Source: an uncultured Desulfobacterales bacterium
Lineage (GTDB): Bacteria; Desulfobacterota; DSM-4660; Desulfatiglandales; JALVZP01
DNA: 64,000 bases
Assembly: GCA_964393645.1 (NCBI GenBank)
Contig: CAYMUI010000034.1
Span: forward strand, 5,970 to 69,969
Direction of reading: 5' to 3'
Shown piece by piece: positions 60,772 to 64,000 of this stretch. Numbering within the stretch: position 1 is the stretch's first letter; each line of letters begins with the position of its first letter. The translations under genes and the position numbers were made by a program. The notes below the pieces were generated by a model. It was not told the DNA's origin and did no database searches. It saw nothing but the letters and a program-made list of their open reading frames with translations.

Positions 60772-61728
60772 CTAAACAGAACCTACAGCATCTTGGTTTC
60801 TAAGGCTGAGAGTGAAAAAATTACAAACAAATGGTCCCACAATGTTTTGAACCACACTGTACACTATAGGGGGTATAGCTGATAAAGGCCCCCACTGAGA
60901 TAGTGCAAGTACCGTTGCAAGGCCCGAATTCTGCATGGCTGTTTCAATAGAAATGGTCACGCAATTTATCTTTTTCAGTTTAAAAAACCTTGCAAAACAA
61001 AAACCCAATACATATCCGCTCATAAGATGCAAGAAAGATCCGGCTATAAGTATCAAAACCTGAGTCATTTTAAGGTGCAGAATCTTTGACTGTCCCGCTG
61101 CTACTACATATCCGATAATGAAAACCACAGCAATTGTTGAATAAACAGGCAAAAACGGCTTTATTCTTTCTGTATATCGGGGAAATAAGTGACTCATAAG
61201 AAGCCCAAAAAAGACGGGCAAAAGCGTAACCTCGAGCATGTCAAAAAACAGTTTTATTACATCCACATGTATGAATCTGCTGGCCAAAAACTTTGTTATA
61301 AAAGGGGTTAGAAAAGGTGCAATAAAAGTGTTAAGTGCTGAAAGACAAATTGACAGAGCCACATTTGCTTGAGCAAGAAAATTATAAACATTAGAAACAA
61401 CCCCTGTAGGACACGAACCTGTTAACACCTGACCAGCAATATACTCAGGAGAAAGTCCACCTAAGTAACTGAAAAGTAAGCTGGCAATAATAAAACCAGA
61501 AATTGGCATTACCGAGTATTGCGAAAGTATTCCCACCACAGTTAAAAAGGGTTCTTTTAGAATTCCTTTAAAGTCGTCAACACTTAAAGTAAGCCCCATT
61601 GCCATAATAACAGAGCCAAGCAAAGGTTTTACTACAAATTTAATAGGCAGTAAGATAGGGGAACAGAACAGAGCTAACGGAATGATGATTATTGTCCACA
61701 ACCACAAAAGATTCGAAAATCTGCTCAT
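60772..61728 (-). CDS. bile acid:sodium symporter (BASS) family transporter
   Basis: 318 aa, polytopic, with BASS-like segments (MAMGLTLSVDDF, PTGVVSNVY, ETAMQNSGLA). Confidence 0.8.
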   Translation of the reverse strand: MSRFSNLLWLWTIIIIPLALFCSPILLPIKFVVKPLLGSVIMAMGLTLSVDDFKGILKEPFLTVVGILSQYSVMPISGFIIASLLFSYLGGLSPEYIAGQVLTGSCPTGVVSNVYNFLAQANVALSICLSALNTFIAPFLTPFITKFLASRFIHVDVIKLFFDMLEVTLLPVFFGLLMSHLFPRYTERIKPFLPVYSTIAVVFIIGYVVAAGQSKILHLKMTQVLILIAGSFLHLMSGYVLGFCFARFFKLKKINCVTISIETAMQNSGLATVLALSQWGPLSAIPPIVYSVVQNIVGPFVCNFFTLSLRNQDAVGSV

Positions 61729-61807
61729 GCGCTTGTTTATATATGAGCGTGCTCTACAGTGTCAAGGAAAGCAAAATGCTATCCGCGATTATAGTCCTTA
61801 GGGGAAT

Positions 61808-63937
61808 TTATGTAATAAAATTACTCAATAGCTGCTGGAGTTCACCAGATAAATCTTTTAGTGTGTGAGCTGTATATTTTACTTGTTCAGCCCCTTGAGC
61901 AGTTTGATTCCCCGCCCTGGTTATAAGTTCACTTACCTGTAACATATTTTTGATTTCCTTGTTAACCTGTTGGGTATTAACATTTATTTCGTTAGTAGTA
62001 GTACTTTGTTCGTTTACTGCAGTAACTATGTTTTCTGAAAACTCAGATACCCGCTGAATAACATCCGAAATATTCTTTACACTGCTAAAAGTTGTAAAGA
62101 CCCCGTCCCGGAAGTTCTTTACCATAGAGTCTATATCAACAACCGAATTGCCTGTTTGCTGAGCAAGTTCTTTTACTTTGTTAGCAACCACCGTGAATCC
62201 TTTGCCAGCTTCGCCTGCTCTTGTTGCTTCAATAGTAGCGTTTAATGCCAAAAGCTTCGTTTGTTCAGCTATAGAACCTATAAGCTTGCTTATTTCACTG
62301 ATATTGTTGGATGATTGTGTAAGTTCTTTAATTACTTGCTCGACTTTACCAACTTCTTCGTTTGCTTCTTTAGCAACCATATTTGCCTTATTTATATGTT
62401 CTGCAATTTCATTTATTGTTGCGCTCATTTGTTCCATAGCCACTGCCACTGAGGAAATATTTTCTGAAGCAATCTCAACCATAGTATTTATCTTTTGGGC
62501 TTGTTGTCTGGTACTATCGGCTCCATTAGCCAGCTGCATAGATATGTCAAATAATCGTTTAGATTCTGAAACCACTTTGGAAGCTTGTTTTTTTATCTTG
62601 GATATAAGAGTGTAAAACCGATGGATAAGAGAATTCACTACTGTAGAAATCTCGTCAATCTCTGTAATCACAGCCTTTTTATAAACAGAACACTCTTTGC
62701 AAGAGCTGTATGACCCTTCTTTTATTTTAAAGCATTTGATTTCAGGAGCAAAACTTCCCACTTCATACCAGCAATGAGATTCTTTACCATATACCGGGCA
62801 GTTATTATTTTCACAGCCGGTCATTACCGAACACTTCACATATTTAAGAGCTAATCTTTCTGTAAGATTTGCTTTTTCTCCTATTAACTTTAGTTTCTCT
62901 ATAAAACTATTGATGGACTGGTATACCTTTTGCGTGCTAAGCACAATTACAACCAAAACAATAACAGCAATTGAAAATTCAATCAGTGAAAGCATAATGT
63001 GTTTATCAGCACTTTTTATAGCACTGGAAATCACATCTGTTTTAATAGGATCAATTTTACTCTCCATTACGAATTCTGCTTCTTTTTTCAGGTCTGAAAC
63101 TTTTTTGATAAGTAAGCCTGTCAGAGACTTACTCTTCTTTACATCGCTCTTTATAAGTGGCCAAATCTTGCAAATTCTATTTATAGAATCTCTGATCCTT
63201 AAAGCTACTTTATTGAGTGACTCGTCTTTTTTAACTAACTTCTGCCACTTATTTAACCCTTGCTTTAGTATATTTAGTTCTTTTTCCACTTCACTTCCTT
63301 GTTTCTTATTAAGCAAAAAATCTTTTAAAAAATTTTGAAATTTCAAAAAACGTTGAGTAATTTCTTCATTCATGATCATATCCACATCAGACCAATAAGA
63401 AAGACGACTTATGTTACCTGAAGATGCGGCTTTTTCTTTTGAAGGATCTATAACTTCTTCCATGAAATCGTCTAAGAAAAGCTGTAGATTAGTGTTTTCT
63501 GTTTCTATCATTTTCATATACTTTTCTTTCCTCTTTTGAACTTTTTCACAGCCTTTCACTATGTTCTCTATTTCATTTAAAATACTTTCCCATTTTTTAA
63601 TTAAGGAATTAAATTTCAAATCTTTTTTATCTGAGACCATATTTATCCACTTATTTAATCCCGTCCTGGCCCTGCTAATGCTATCCCACAACTTTTCAGT
63701 TCTCTGTCTGGTAGGATTCTGTTGCCAATATAAAAAAGAAGTTCTTATTTCCTCAAATTTACTAAGCACATCTTCATTCATTACCATATCTATGTCACTC
63801 CAGTAAGCTAATTTTAATATGTCCTTTTTTTGTATCTTAAGAATTCTGTAATTTAAGAAACAAATGGAAAATATAATCAAAAATATCACACCAAGTGCTA
63901 TAAAAAGGCGCTGCTTGAAACTTAGGTTCCAGTTCAT
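61808..63937 (-). CDS. methyl-accepting chemotaxis protein with a duplicated periplasmic module and a Cys-rich cytoplasmic insert
   Basis: 709 aa. TM1, a ~275-aa helical periplasmic region, TM2, a 7-Cys segment, then the MCP signalling domain (IAEQTKLLALNATIEATRAGEAGKGFTVVANKVKELA). Confidence 0.92.
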   Translation of the reverse strand: MNWNLSFKQRLFIALGVIFLIIFSICFLNYRILKIQKKDILKLAYWSDIDMVMNEDVLSKFEEIRTSFLYWQQNPTRQRTEKLWDSISRARTGLNKWINMVSDKKDLKFNSLIKKWESILNEIENIVKGCEKVQKRKEKYMKMIETENTNLQLFLDDFMEEVIDPSKEKAASSGNISRLSYWSDVDMIMNEEITQRFLKFQNFLKDFLLNKKQGSEVEKELNILKQGLNKWQKLVKKDESLNKVALRIRDSINRICKIWPLIKSDVKKSKSLTGLLIKKVSDLKKEAEFVMESKIDPIKTDVISSAIKSADKHIMLSLIEFSIAVIVLVVIVLSTQKVYQSINSFIEKLKLIGEKANLTERLALKYVKCSVMTGCENNNCPVYGKESHCWYEVGSFAPEIKCFKIKEGSYSSCKECSVYKKAVITEIDEISTVVNSLIHRFYTLISKIKKQASKVVSESKRLFDISMQLANGADSTRQQAQKINTMVEIASENISSVAVAMEQMSATINEIAEHINKANMVAKEANEEVGKVEQVIKELTQSSNNISEISKLIGSIAEQTKLLALNATIEATRAGEAGKGFTVVANKVKELAQQTGNSVVDIDSMVKNFRDGVFTTFSSVKNISDVIQRVSEFSENIVTAVNEQSTTTNEINVNTQQVNKEIKNMLQVSELITRAGNQTAQGAEQVKYTAHTLKDLSGELQQLLSNFIT

Positions 63938-64000
63938 TTTTTACCCTCCCCTTTATCAAATCAAAACTTTTTCTCTTAATTCGGAAAGTTCTTCAAAAAA

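Overview
This is an AT-rich chromosomal window. All protein calls rest on motifs I recognise in the supplied translations; no database search, fold prediction or RNA covariance search was run. The organism looks like a Gram-negative thermophilic anaerobe: it has reverse gyrase, the LPS genes kdsA and lptCAB, and a multiheme cytochrome / molybdopterin-family / NrfD membrane complex. Thermodesulfobacteriota or Nitrospirota would fit, but that is a guess. I call about 65 CDSs and one tRNA-Leu(GAG). I found no rRNA, CRISPR array, transposase, integrase or prophage. Most of the window is housekeeping. Positions 1-24985 form one unidirectional minus-strand string: activase-like ATPase, radical SAM, polA, rny, zapBA, the F1/stalk half of the ATP synthase operon, reverse gyrase, tpiA, gap, rimI, two regulatory PTS EIIA proteins, hpf, rpoN, lptBAC, kdsA. 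The rest carries carAB-purF, thiC, nadB, rpsU, manA, a CHASE2 cyclase and a chemoreceptor. The stand-out region is 27579-37175 on the minus strand. It reads: an RsbW/SpoIIAB-like kinase, then a sensor-less sigma-54 enhancer-binding protein with a degenerate GAFTGA loop, then a textbook sigma-54 promoter (TGGCAT-N5-TTGCT). That promoter precedes seven tandem paralogous genes for about 100-aa secreted proteins with six invariant cysteines and a hypervariable loop, a family I do not recognise. These run with 10 bp or less of spacing into a MacB-type ABC ATPase and permease, a TolC-like channel, and an adaptor with an N-terminal cytoplasmic PAS domain. I interpret this as a candidate sigma-54-controlled two-step secretion system for a diversified Cys-rich protein family. 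Secondary candidates are a roughly 225-nt leader upstream of rpsU with terminator/antiterminator pairing and two anti-SD-complementary decoy sites, a 54-codon membrane ORF below the ORF-track threshold after the NrfD-like gene, and a 7-Cys cytoplasmic module in the chemoreceptor.
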